Source: Ostreococcus lucimarinus
Lineage: Eukaryota
NCBI GenBank assembly: GCA_000092065.1
Contig: CP000596.1
Strand: one strand, 5' to 3'
DNA length: 64,000 bases
Position numbers and translations under genes: made by a program. Positions 19,592-28,708 of the stretch are shown here, in pieces (within the stretch, counting starts at the first letter, position 1; every line of letters begins with the position of its first letter). The notes beneath the pieces are model-generated. The model saw only the letters and a list, made by a program, of their open reading frames with translations. It searched no databases and was not told where the DNA came from.

Positions 19592-20749
19592 ATGCGCGCG
19601 GAACCGCTCGACGCGACGGCGTCGAACGCGTCGGCGTCGTCGCCGCGGGAGACGAGGAAACGCGCGAGGGAGGCGATTTTCGCGCGCTTCGACGCGCTCG
19701 CCACCGCGCGCGGGGCGAAGCTGGCGAAGAGGCGAGGAAAAAGGAACTGCGTCGAGCTGGAGTTAGAGGCGTTGGGAGGCGTGAGCGACGAGACGCTCGC
19801 GAAGTTTGCGACGTACGGGGACAAAGTGCAGAAAATGATGCAAAAAGCGACGCCGCGAGGGGCGACGCCCGGGCTCGCGCCGATTCGGTACGCGGCGCGA
19901 GGGACGCTTTTTAACGAGCCGTATCGCGTGTCGGTGGACGAGCAAGGCGTGCATCGCGTGGTTTGGGGGAAGGAAGGCGAGTCGCGCAGGGTCGTGCGGT
20001 CGAAAGATGGGGCGCGTACCCCGCAAGAGGCGGTGGAATGCGTGCACGTCGAAATTCTGAGGCGAATGAATGAAAACATTGCCTCAGTCAGCGACGAATC
20101 GCATGATGGTACATTCGAAGCCCGCATATGCAGAAATTGTCTATGCGACTGCTCGAAGACGCCACTGATGCGTCGTGGTCCCGATGGGATCGGTACGCTT
20201 TGCAACGCTTGTGGGCTGTGGTGGAGTCGACATCAAACGATGCGCGAGTATCCGTCGGTGGTGCCAGAAGAAACGCCGCACAAGGCGATATTTATCCGAA
20301 ATCCAGTCAAAAGCCGAAGAGCACTGAAAACGTTAGACGTTTTTGGATACTATTCATCGAGCGTGCAAGCGACGCTCGCCAAGGCTTGCGCCGCCGTGCT
20401 CCAAGAAGAACGGCGTTCACTTCGGCTTCCGCGCGTCAAGTCGAAACCAGACGTACGATACGACTTCAAGCGAGCTATCCACGACGTGTTCGATCGGTGC
20501 GACTGTGTCTTCGCGGACTCCCCTTCTCATTCAGATGATTTAGGATGGGAACATTACCCCCCATCGATCACAGACTTCGCAGCTGAACAACTCGAAGAAC
20601 TCGAAGGAGTCAAACTCGAAGGAGTCAAACTCGAAGGAGTCAAACTCGAAGGAGTCGAACTCGAAGGAGTCGAACTCGAAGAACTCGAACTCGAAGAACT
20701 CGAAGCTTTCGCGTTCGGTTTCGAGCCCCCGCGGTTGGATCCAGTCTGA
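19592..20749 (+). CDS. GATA-type zinc-finger protein with C-terminal (LEGVK)n repeat
   Basis: CRNCLCDCSKTPLMRRGPDGIGTLCNACGLWW resembles a GATA finger (..TPLWRRGP..LCNACGL) but with a C-x2-C-x20-C-x2-C spacing. The C-terminus is encoded by 15-bp tandem repeats. Confidence 0.55.
   Translation: MRAEPLDATASNASASSPRETRKRAREAIFARFDALATARGAKLAKRRGKRNCVELELEALGGVSDETLAKFATYGDKVQKMMQKATPRGATPGLAPIRYAARGTLFNEPYRVSVDEQGVHRVVWGKEGESRRVVRSKDGARTPQEAVECVHVEILRRMNENIASVSDESHDGTFEARICRNCLCDCSKTPLMRRGPDGIGTLCNACGLWWSRHQTMREYPSVVPEETPHKAIFIRNPVKSRRALKTLDVFGYYSSSVQATLAKACAAVLQEERRSLRLPRVKSKPDVRYDFKRAIHDVFDRCDCVFADSPSHSDDLGWEHYPPSITDFAAEQLEELEGVKLEGVKLEGVKLEGVELEGVELEELELEELEAFAFGFEPPRLDPV
20586..20705 (+). 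repeat. 15-bp tandem repeat (gaaggagtcaaactc-like, ~7 copies) inside the GATA-gene CDS
   Basis: Direct reading: gaactcgaaggagtcaaactcgaaggagtcaaactcgaaggagtc.. The repeat degenerates to gaactcgaagaactc and encodes LEGVKLEGVKLEGVELEELE. Confidence 0.8.
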
Positions 20750-20988
20750 TAGACGTCGGCGTCTTGTATTGTGAAAAAGTTGAAAAGTTGGCCTAGCTTT
20801 TGTAACACCGGCGCGTTGGCAAGACGAACGCGCGGTGCGCCGCACTTCGCGCCGCTCGCGCGCGCTCGAGGTCGCGTCGCGCGTGCGCACGCGATCACTT
20901 CGACCGCTCGCGCGCCGCGGAGCCGGCGCGAAACGCTTCAGGGCGCGTTCGTCGAGTTCACCTCGACCGATCCAGTCTGTCCCGGTCG

Positions 20989-22557
20989 ATGGAAACTTTC
21001 GCGTCGCACGCCCCGCCCGCCGCGCACGAGGACGCGATCGCGAGATGCGAGATCTTAGAGCGTGAACTTCGAGCGTTACAAGCGGCGGAGCGGGCGTCGC
21101 GCGCGCGAGAGACGGCGCTGGCGTGCGAACTGGAGACGCGGCGGCGACGCGCTCGAGCGGGACGGCGAGCGACGGAGACGGATGACGACGATGAGAGCGA
21201 ATACGGCGGACGTCGCGCGATCGGTGCGTCAGCGAGCGTGCCGTTGAGAGAGTACGAGGGTCTACGCGAGCGGTGTGAGGCGGCGGAGGCGCGGGCGAGG
21301 CGGGCGACGGAGACGCTCGCGCAAGTCGCCGCCGAACGCGGGGAGATGCGAGAGAAAGCGGCGAGCGAAGCGGTTGAAAACGCGGTGAGAGAGGCCGAGG
21401 AGAAGTGGCGAGCAGAAATGGAAGAGTTGAGTCGAGCGGCGCGGGCTGACGCGAGGGCACTGAGTTCGTCGCGAAATAGAGCGGGCGAACTCGCGGCGGA
21501 GCTGCGCGAGGCGAAGGCGCTGCGAGACGAGTGGCAGAAGCGAGCAGAGGCGGCAATGGAAACGAGCGAAGCGACGTCTGATGCGCTTGAGCGCATGCGT
21601 AAGGCGATCATAGAGAGTGAGAATATGGGTTTAAGCGAGCGAAGTGTCAAAGACGCGGAGAGGATTCAAAAATTGGTCAAGCAGTTGGCGACGACGCAAG
21701 AGCAGCTCGCGATTGCGCAAAGGGAGGTCCACAAACGCGATTCAGCGCGGGATAGGCTCGTGTTCGATGCTCAAAAAGCGCAAGAACGCGTCAAGGAGAT
21801 TTCGTCGCGTTTGGCCGAGGTGCAAGCGGAACGCGAACACGCGAAGGAAACCGTTTCTGTCGAACGCGCTGAGAAGGAACGCCTGAACGGTGAGGTGGTA
21901 TATTTAAGAGGCGAGTTGGACCGAATTCGCTCGGAAAACGAAAATGAAATGAGCGATTTCACAGATTGGCGCACGCAGACGGAAAAAACGTACAATCGTG
22001 AGCTCAATCAGGCGCGCAAAGACGCGGCGCGCCACGCGATGACTGTACGTAAACTTCAGCAAAAATTGGCGCAAGGCAAGGACGCGAGCGACGCCCGTAA
22101 AATCGCGCAGTTGGAGCGCGAGTGCGCCACCGTTCGTGAGACAGTGCGTGAGTTGGTCACCGAGCGCGACGCGTTGGCGCGACGCGTCCAGGATTTGACA
22201 TCATTCCGAAGCGACGCTCGGCATCAAAAGGGCTCTGCGAACGCGCGTCGAGCCGTCGTCGCGCACGACGACGACGAGGTCGACGACAATATCGACCCAG
22301 GCGCGTTTGGCGTCGACGACGACTTAGATATCTCCGGCGAAGACGACGAAGACGACGACATCTTCAACGAGGCGACCGAAAATCTCTTCAAAGAAACCGT
22401 CGACGATTTCTTCGAAGACGACGACGCCGAAGACGCCCGCCTCGAAGCCGCGCACGCGCACGCGCACGCCCTCGCCAAGCGCCTACAGTCCATAGAATCC
22501 CGCGCCGTGGCATTCCTAGGCGCCCGCGACGATTTCTTCGAAGACGACGATTTGTAA
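20989..22557 (+). CDS. hypothetical long coiled-coil protein
   Basis: 522 aa dominated by heptad-like E/R/A/L-rich sequence, with an acidic DDDxxFFEDDD C-terminus. The stop codon overlaps a TGTAA motif. Confidence 0.35.
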   Translation: METFASHAPPAAHEDAIARCEILERELRALQAAERASRARETALACELETRRRRARAGRRATETDDDDESEYGGRRAIGASASVPLREYEGLRERCEAAEARARRATETLAQVAAERGEMREKAASEAVENAVREAEEKWRAEMEELSRAARADARALSSSRNRAGELAAELREAKALRDEWQKRAEAAMETSEATSDALERMRKAIIESENMGLSERSVKDAERIQKLVKQLATTQEQLAIAQREVHKRDSARDRLVFDAQKAQERVKEISSRLAEVQAEREHAKETVSVERAEKERLNGEVVYLRGELDRIRSENENEMSDFTDWRTQTEKTYNRELNQARKDAARHAMTVRKLQQKLAQGKDASDARKIAQLERECATVRETVRELVTERDALARRVQDLTSFRSDARHQKGSANARRAVVAHDDDEVDDNIDPGAFGVDDDLDISGEDDEDDDIFNEATENLFKETVDDFFEDDDAEDARLEAAHAHAHALAKRLQSIESRAVAFLGARDDFFEDDDL

Positions 22558-22625
22558 CCTCGCCGCGCTTCCACATCCAAACCGCGGCGCTCGCGCCGGC
22601 CGCACTCGTCGCCTCCCCGAAACCC

Positions 22626-23624
22626 ATGGGTCGCAAGAAATCCTCCTCCGTCGCCGCCGACGCCTCCAGGGACGTCCCCGCGCACTTAGTCACGACCGAG
22701 ATCGACGTCACGGCGCTCACGTACGAAGAAATCCAAGCGCGACATCGCGAGCAGCTCGAAGAAATCGAATCGCTCGTGACGAAACTTTACGGCGCGACGC
22801 CGGGGAAGAAAGACAAGGAAAAGGCCATGCGCGCCGTCGGTGTGGTGAGCGATAGACATTATCAAGAGATGATGGCGTGGGAAGACGCGAACGAGGCGTC
22901 GGAGGCGAACGAGACGAGCGATGGGGAAGCGGACGCGAACGCGGCGGCGGCGGCGCTGCGCGACCAGGCGACGCTGACGAACGACGACGACGATGACGAG
23001 AAGGAGGCGAAGGAAAGCGATGAAAGCGAGAAGCAAAAGAAGCCGTCCAAGGCGATGGCGCGCAAAGCGAAGCGTGCGGCGGAGGAAGCGGCGAGAGAGG
23101 CGAGGATCGCGGCGGAAAAGGCGGCGCTGGGACCGAGCGCTCAGGCGATGGAGAGCGAAGTCTTGAGGTCGAGATTAGCCCCGCTCGGGTTGCGCGTGAA
23201 AGAAATACGCGCTGATGGCCACTGCTTGTATCGCTCGATCGATGATCAGCTGGTCAAGGTGACGGGGTCGGGGCACGAGGGCGGATACGAGGGGTTGCGC
23301 GCGACGTGCGCGGCGACGATGAGAGACGACGAGGATTCGTTTCGACCATTCATCGGCGATTGCGCCGAACAAACGCCCGAGGCGGACGAACGGTGGCGAG
23401 CGTACGTGCGCGAAGTCGAGAGTACGGCGACTTGGGGAGGTCAGTTGGAGATCATGGCGCTTTCGAAAGCGTTGCGGCGGCGGATCCAGGTGTTTAGCGC
23501 GACGATGCCCGTCGTAGTCATGGGCGAAGACTTTGACGAGGACGGCGCGCTGCGCGTGGCGTACCATCGGCACGCGTTCGGTTTGGGCGAGCACTACAAT
23601 AGCGTGGAAGACGACAAGAAATAA
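22626..23624 (+). CDS. OTU-domain deubiquitinase (OTUD6B-like) with N-terminal coiled coil
   Basis: Cys box IRADGHCLYRSIDDQL and C-terminal His box (..AYHRHAFGLGEHYNSV), preceded by a K/E-rich coiled coil. Confidence 0.7.
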   Translation: MGRKKSSSVAADASRDVPAHLVTTEIDVTALTYEEIQARHREQLEEIESLVTKLYGATPGKKDKEKAMRAVGVVSDRHYQEMMAWEDANEASEANETSDGEADANAAAAALRDQATLTNDDDDDEKEAKESDESEKQKKPSKAMARKAKRAAEEAAREARIAAEKAALGPSAQAMESEVLRSRLAPLGLRVKEIRADGHCLYRSIDDQLVKVTGSGHEGGYEGLRATCAATMRDDEDSFRPFIGDCAEQTPEADERWRAYVREVESTATWGGQLEIMALSKALRRRIQVFSATMPVVVMGEDFDEDGALRVAYHRHAFGLGEHYNSVEDDKK

Positions 23625-23669
23625 TGTGATATTGCAAGAAAGAATATGCTAGAGATGGAAAGGAAAGAC

Positions 23670-25100
23670 TCAGTTCATGCCCGTCCCGTGCGCGATCAGC
23701 CCTAGGAGTCCGCCGAGGACGACGACCAACGGGGCCTGGATCAGCGTCCACGTTCCCCTTGGCAACTTGACGACGTGCACGCAAAACGTGCAAATCATTC
23801 CGATGCACACGGTAGCGTTCGGAAACGGACTCAGAGATTTGACCTTGAACGCGATGTTGAACGCGGCGGCGACGACGAGTCCGACGGCTGACGCATTCAG
23901 TCCGGGCAGAGCGCGTCTGTAGACGCGCCATTTTCGAAATTTCCCCCAGAACGGAAGCACGGCGAAGATGAGAATCACGCCCGGACCGAACAACCCGAAC
24001 CACGCGCACATGATGCCGACGACGACGTTCACGCCCGCGCGTCGCGCGGCGACGGCGCCGAGGTACGCGCTGAGATTAAACAACGGCCCCGGCATGGCTT
24101 GCGCCATGGCTAAACCGGCGAAAAACTGTTCTTCGGTGACCCAAGACGTGAGCGACTCGCTTCTGACGCAACTCGTCGCGCCACTCGCGATCGAGCACGT
24201 CGTTTCGTACTGCACGACGTCGTTCAACAACAGCGGAAGCACGACTTGACCGCCGCCGAAGATGATCGAACCCGTGCGCCAAAACGCCTCGAACCAATGC
24301 AACTCCTTATTCGACGCGTAATCCGTCTTCGACACCGCGATCCCGAGCGCGACGAGCGCGACGATCCACCCCACGATCAAGCACCCCCCGACCGCGGGCG
24401 TGAGACCGAGATGCGCCACCTCCTCCGCGTCTTCGTCTCCGCTCGCGTCCTCCCTCGCGCCGCGCGTCTCGCCGTCCTCCTTTTTCGCCCACCTCTCCCG
24501 CGCGCGCGCCTCGCACGTCGTCGCGCATCCCCCGAACGCGATCAACGCCGGAAACAACCACGCCGTCTGACGATAACACGCCACCACCGCGCTCGTCGCG
24601 CACAAAACCTTCGTCGTCGCCGTCTTCGCCCGCGACCGCGTCAGCGACGCCGCCGCCGACGCGATCAACCCCGCGCCCGCCGCCGACAGCCCCCCCGCGA
24701 GCGCTCGAAGCGTTTGTCCTGGATTCACCAGCGTTTCCGCCGCGCCCGCGCCCGCGAGCGACATCAGCAGCAGTCCCGGATACTGAAACAGCGTCCCGCT
24801 CAGCGCGCCCCCCGCGACGCCGCCCCTCGCGATCCCGATCGCGAACGACATCTGCGTCGACGTCGGTCCCGGCAGGCACTGCCCGAGCGCCAGCAGCTCC
24901 GCGAACGTCCCGCTCGTCATCCACGGCCGCGGAGCGCGCTTCACGAAGGTTTCGTTGAAGAGCGCGACGTGCGCGGCGGGACCGCCGAACGCGGTCCAGC
25001 CGAGCAAAGCGAACGACGACGCGATCTCGCGACGCGGCGACGGCGCGACGTAAGACGCGCGCTCCTCGTCGCCGTCTCGCGCGATCTCGCGGTGCGCCAT
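23670..25100 (-). CDS. chrA: chromate ion transporter ChrA (duplicated CHR domain)
   Basis: Start MAHREIARDG.. Two CHR halves are present (FGGPAAHVALFNETFVKRAPRPWMTSGTFAELLALGQCLPGPTST.. and a second ..FGGGQVVLPLL..AMPGPLFNLSAYLG..), giving ~12 TM. The longer ORF-track N-terminus is a low-complexity extension. Confidence 0.8.
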   Translation of the reverse strand: MAHREIARDGDEERASYVAPSPRREIASSFALLGWTAFGGPAAHVALFNETFVKRAPRPWMTSGTFAELLALGQCLPGPTSTQMSFAIGIARGGVAGGALSGTLFQYPGLLLMSLAGAGAAETLVNPGQTLRALAGGLSAAGAGLIASAAASLTRSRAKTATTKVLCATSAVVACYRQTAWLFPALIAFGGCATTCEARARERWAKKEDGETRGAREDASGDEDAEEVAHLGLTPAVGGCLIVGWIVALVALGIAVSKTDYASNKELHWFEAFWRTGSIIFGGGQVVLPLLLNDVVQYETTCSIASGATSCVRSESLTSWVTEEQFFAGLAMAQAMPGPLFNLSAYLGAVAARRAGVNVVVGIMCAWFGLFGPGVILIFAVLPFWGKFRKWRVYRRALPGLNASAVGLVVAAAFNIAFKVKSLSPFPNATVCIGMICTFCVHVVKLPRGTWTLIQAPLVVVLGGLLGLIAHGTGMN

Positions 25101-25246
25101 CGCGCGCGCGCAGGTGCGCGACGCGCGACGCGCGGCGCGCGAGGGCGACGAGGACGCGGCGCGCGCATCGAGGGTGAAAAAAAAACGCTCGAGGAGACGA
25201 AAAAACGGCACACGACGACGCGCGAGCGACGCGCGAGCGACGCGCG

Positions 25247-26906
25247 ATGACGCGCGATGACGCCGACGGGGGCGCGCGGGATGATTTATACGACGCGCTC
25301 GGCGTCGCGCGGGACGCGACGAAGACGGAGGTGCGCGCGAGACGACGCGAGGACGACGCGACGAGGACGATGGATGCGTTTCGATGACGACCGCGTGGAT
25401 AGGGGAGGGGCGACGACGACGACTGACGGCGAGGCGCGACGACGGCGCGACGACGGCGCGGCGTAGGTGCGACGGGCGTATCGAAATTTGATCACGCGCG
25501 CGCATCCCGATAAGGGCGGAGACGCGGTGACGTTCGCGAGGATCCAACGCGCGTACGACGTGCTGAGCGACGACGCGAAGCGCGCGTCGTACGACGAGAC
25601 TGGGACGTTTGAAAAGACGGTCGAAGAAGAATTGCTCGATGAATTCGGTGGAGGGGTGTTTCGCGATAAGATGAAGGAGGAGGAAGCGCGCAAGGAGTCT
25701 CTGGCCGAGGCGCTCGTGAAGACGGAGAAGGAGAAGGGGTCGCACACCGCCGGATTCGAAGCGTGGCTCCGAGCGCGCGGACCGGATTCGAACAAGACGA
25801 TCGGGGTCGAAGACATGATCGATCGATTCGGGGTGAACAAAGGTTCGTACGACGAAGTGGTGCTACCGAAGATTCGTGCGTACCAGGCGAGCGTCACAGC
25901 GGCGAACGCGATTAAATTGGGATCGGCGGCGATTCCTCCCACGCTCGAGTGGGGCGAGGTGCTCGTCAACGTGCGCGTCGCGCCGATTAATCCCGCCGAT
26001 ATCGACGCCAAGACGCTCGCTTCGCGCGCGAAATTCCCTTTCGTCGCTGGATCCGATGGTGTCGCCACCGTGGTGAAAGTCGGCGCGGGCGTGAAATCTC
26101 TCAACGAAGGCGATTGGGTGCTGCCGTACAAAGCCGAGATGGGCACGTGGCGCTCGCTCGCGGTGTGGAAGGAGAAGGACCTAATCAAGCTTCCTTCGGA
26201 CATTTTACCCATGGAATACGCGGCGATGATGCGTGAAATGTGCGTCGCGTACCGTTTACTGGAAGACTTCGGAAGCTTGAAACCGGGAGACGCCGTGGTG
26301 CTCAACGCCGCGACGTCCACCGTCGGTCAGTGCGTCGTGCAACTGTGCGCCATGCTCAAGCTTCGCGCCGTCGCCGTCGTGCGCTCGCGGAAAGATTTCG
26401 ACAAGACGGCGGCGTGGTTGAAATCACTCGGCGCTTCGGAGGTGTTGAAAGATGAAGGCTCGATCGCGACCGAGCTCACGTCGCGAAACTTGTTCGCCAA
26501 GCCGAGACTGGCGCTCGACGCCGTCGGCGGCGCCTCGGCGGTGCGTCTCGCCGAATCCCTCCAACCCGGTTGTCCGCTCATCGTCTACGGCAACATGAGC
26601 GGTCGCGCGGCGACGTTCCCATGGCACGCCTGGACGCAATCCGCACTCATCGTTCGCGGGTTCTCGTTGCGCCAATGGATGACTGAAAACAAGAAAAAGG
26701 TGCCCAAGATGATGGAGACGCTCGGCAAGCTCGCGCGCGCCGACAAACTCGCGATTCAGTACACCGACTACGAACTCTCGAGCGAGTTCGAGGAGGCGCT
26801 CGAACACGCGCGCGAGGACGATCGATGCACCAAAGTACTGTTACGCGTGAACGATATCGGGACGACGTACGACAGCGCCGAAAACGCCGCCTCGCCGACG
26901 GCGTGA
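25247..26906 (+). CDS. J-domain (DnaJ) fused to MECR/ETR1-like medium-chain enoyl reductase, two exons (25247..25330, 25467..26906)
   Basis: Exon 1 MTRDDADGGARDDLYDALGVARDATKTE, donor |GTGCGCGCGAG, 136-nt intron, acceptor gcgtag|. Exon 2 VRRAYRNLITRAHPDKGGD..(HPD motif)..then ..VNVRVAPINPADI..GSDGVATVVKVG..GDWVLP..GTW.. of the MDR / trans-2-enoyl-CoA reductase family, all in one continuous frame. Confidence 0.65.
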
Positions 26907-27130
26907 GCGGTCCCGCGACGGGCGTCTCGACTCGGGCGACGGCGACCGCGCGGGCGAGACGAGACGAGACTATTCAGGGACGAAGACTACACGAATAAAT
27001 GCACGAAACTGTAATGATAATATTTCATCCTCAGTTCCTAAACTGCGGCGACCTATCGCGTCGCCTCTTCAAAGCGCGTACGTACCGAGCGTCGACGCTC
27101 GATGGCGTCGTCCTCGCTTCGCGGCGCGCG

Positions 27131-27857
27131 TTTAGTAGAGTTCTTCCTCCATGTGCGTCTTGACCGTGCAGTCCGACGTCGGGTACGCGACGCACGTGAG
27201 CACGAAGCCGTTACCCATTTGGTCGTCGTCCAAGAAAGATTGGTCGGATTGGTCGATGGAACCAGCCTGCGCGCGATCGTCTCGTCAGTCTCGTCATCCA
27301 GAAACGTCCCATCGTCGGTTCGCGACTCGTCGAGAGTCCCTCGCGGGCGAGTGACGTCAACGTACCGTGACCTTACCCGCGCACGACGAGCATGCGCCCG
27401 CGCGGCACGAGTACGGCAAGTCGATGCCGGCTTCCTGCGCGCGTCGCAAAAGAAATCACCCCTCCGTCAGTCTCGCGCCCTCGCGACGCCCGCGCGTTCG
27501 CGCGCGACGCGCCCGACGCGCATCGCGTCGATCGCCCGATCGTTGGGCGGCGCCGCGTCAGCGTCGCGCGACGCGATTCGCCCCCGTTCCCGCGCGCGCG
27601 ACGCCGCGCGCGACGCCGCGCGCGTCGCGACCCGACGATTAAAAATTCGCTCGAGCGTTTCGCGCACTCACCTCAGCGGCGTCGAGGATGTACGTGTCGT
27701 CCGCGCACTCGATCGCTTGCGCCCCCTCCGGGGTTTCGAGCGTGACCTGGAAGCGCGCGATCGTCGATCGGCGCGCGACGGCGGCGGAGGATCGGCGCGC
27801 GCCCGCGAAGGACGCGACGGGGGCGGCGGTGACGGACATCTTCGTGACGGCGGACAT
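27131..27857 (-). CDS. PETF: plant-type [2Fe-2S] ferredoxin with chloroplast transit peptide, three exons (27672..27857, 27365..27433, 27131..27265)
   Basis: Exon 1 [51 protein letters not shown] |GTGAGTG. Exon 2 [23 protein letters not shown] |GTACGT. Exon 3 [44 protein letters not shown]. The four cluster Cys are present. Confidence 0.8.
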
Positions 27858-28084
27858 TGTGTCTGTGTGTTACTGCGTGGAGTAGTGTCGACGCGTCGTC
27901 GGCGAACGAGCGATCGACGCGACGCGATCGATCGAGGTCGGTCGATCCCCCTAACCTGTTGATTCGTCGAGTCAGCACTCGTCGACGCGCGCCGATCGAA
28001 AAAACCGTCCTCGCGTCGATCGACCGCGCGCGCATCGTCGGTCGCCGTCGAACCTCGCGCCGTCGATCGCGCGCGCGCGCGTCG

Positions 28085-28116
28085 ATCGATCGATCGATCG
28101 ATCGATCGCGCGCGCC
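28085..28116. repeat. (CGAT)n microsatellite
   Basis: cgatcgatcgatcgatcgatcgatcg read directly. Similar arrays occur at ~45871-45908 (CGAT)n and ~46213-46236 (GGTC)n. Confidence 0.8.
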
Positions 28117-28139
28117 CGCACTTCGCGCCGACGGCGACC

Positions 28140-28562
28140 ATGCGCGCGATGTCGACGACGACGACGACGACGACGCGCGCGATGACGTCGCGCGCGTCGC
28201 GACGCCGACCGACGACGCGACGTCCGACGCGCGCGTACGCGCCGCGCGCGCGATCGAGCGACGACGACGACGACGCGACGGCGAACGAATCGTCGACGTC
28301 GGCGACCGAGCCCAAGCTCGACCCGTTCGGGTTCGGGGCGCGACGGCAGGACGCGCCGGACGAGATCCGCCCGGGATTCGACACCGCGGAGGGGGGGAAG
28401 GTGGGACCGGTGGGGACGTTTTTCATCTCCGCGCTGCTGATCGCGCTGTTCGGGGGGTCGTTTTTCTTCACGAGCGTGCCGCGGGGGAGCGTGGAGGAGC
28501 TCGCGGCGAGGCAGTTGGCGGACGATCCGAACGCGCCGACGCAGAGCTTCGCGAGACGGTGA
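28140..28562 (+). CDS. hypothetical small single-TM protein with S/T/R-rich transit-peptide-like N-terminus
   Basis: 140 aa with an ATG start. N-terminus MRAMSTTTTTTTRAMTSRASRRR.. is organelle-presequence-like, followed by one hydrophobic helix GTFFISALLIALFGGSFFF. Confidence 0.3.
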   Translation: MRAMSTTTTTTTRAMTSRASRRRPTTRRPTRAYAPRARSSDDDDDATANESSTSATEPKLDPFGFGARRQDAPDEIRPGFDTAEGGKVGPVGTFFISALLIALFGGSFFFTSVPRGSVEELAARQLADDPNAPTQSFARR

Positions 28563-28708
28563 GGCGGTGGGGGGTGTGAGGGTGTTGGTATTTTTACGGT
28601 GGGCGTCGCGCGGGGAAGGGTAGATTGGTTGGTTGTCAAAACACGCGCGCTCGCGCTAAACTACGTAAATCTCTACGACGCGACGCGACGCGACGCTTCT
28701 AACTAAGA

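Noticed and set aside
27639-27885. Apparent 1-nt disagreement between the sequence text and ORF-track frames near 27840 and 49835
   Set aside because: Most likely my own position counting across line breaks. It does not affect gene identity. Splice-site and internal-start coordinates are therefore given as +/-2 nt
28085-28116. CRISPR-like or other prokaryotic repeat arrays
   Set aside because: The only regular arrays are 4-bp microsatellites ((CGAT)n, (GGTC)n, (CATT)n), a GGATGG array and a 15-bp coding tandem repeat. There is no repeat-spacer structure, no cas-like ORFs, and the whole window is eukaryotic
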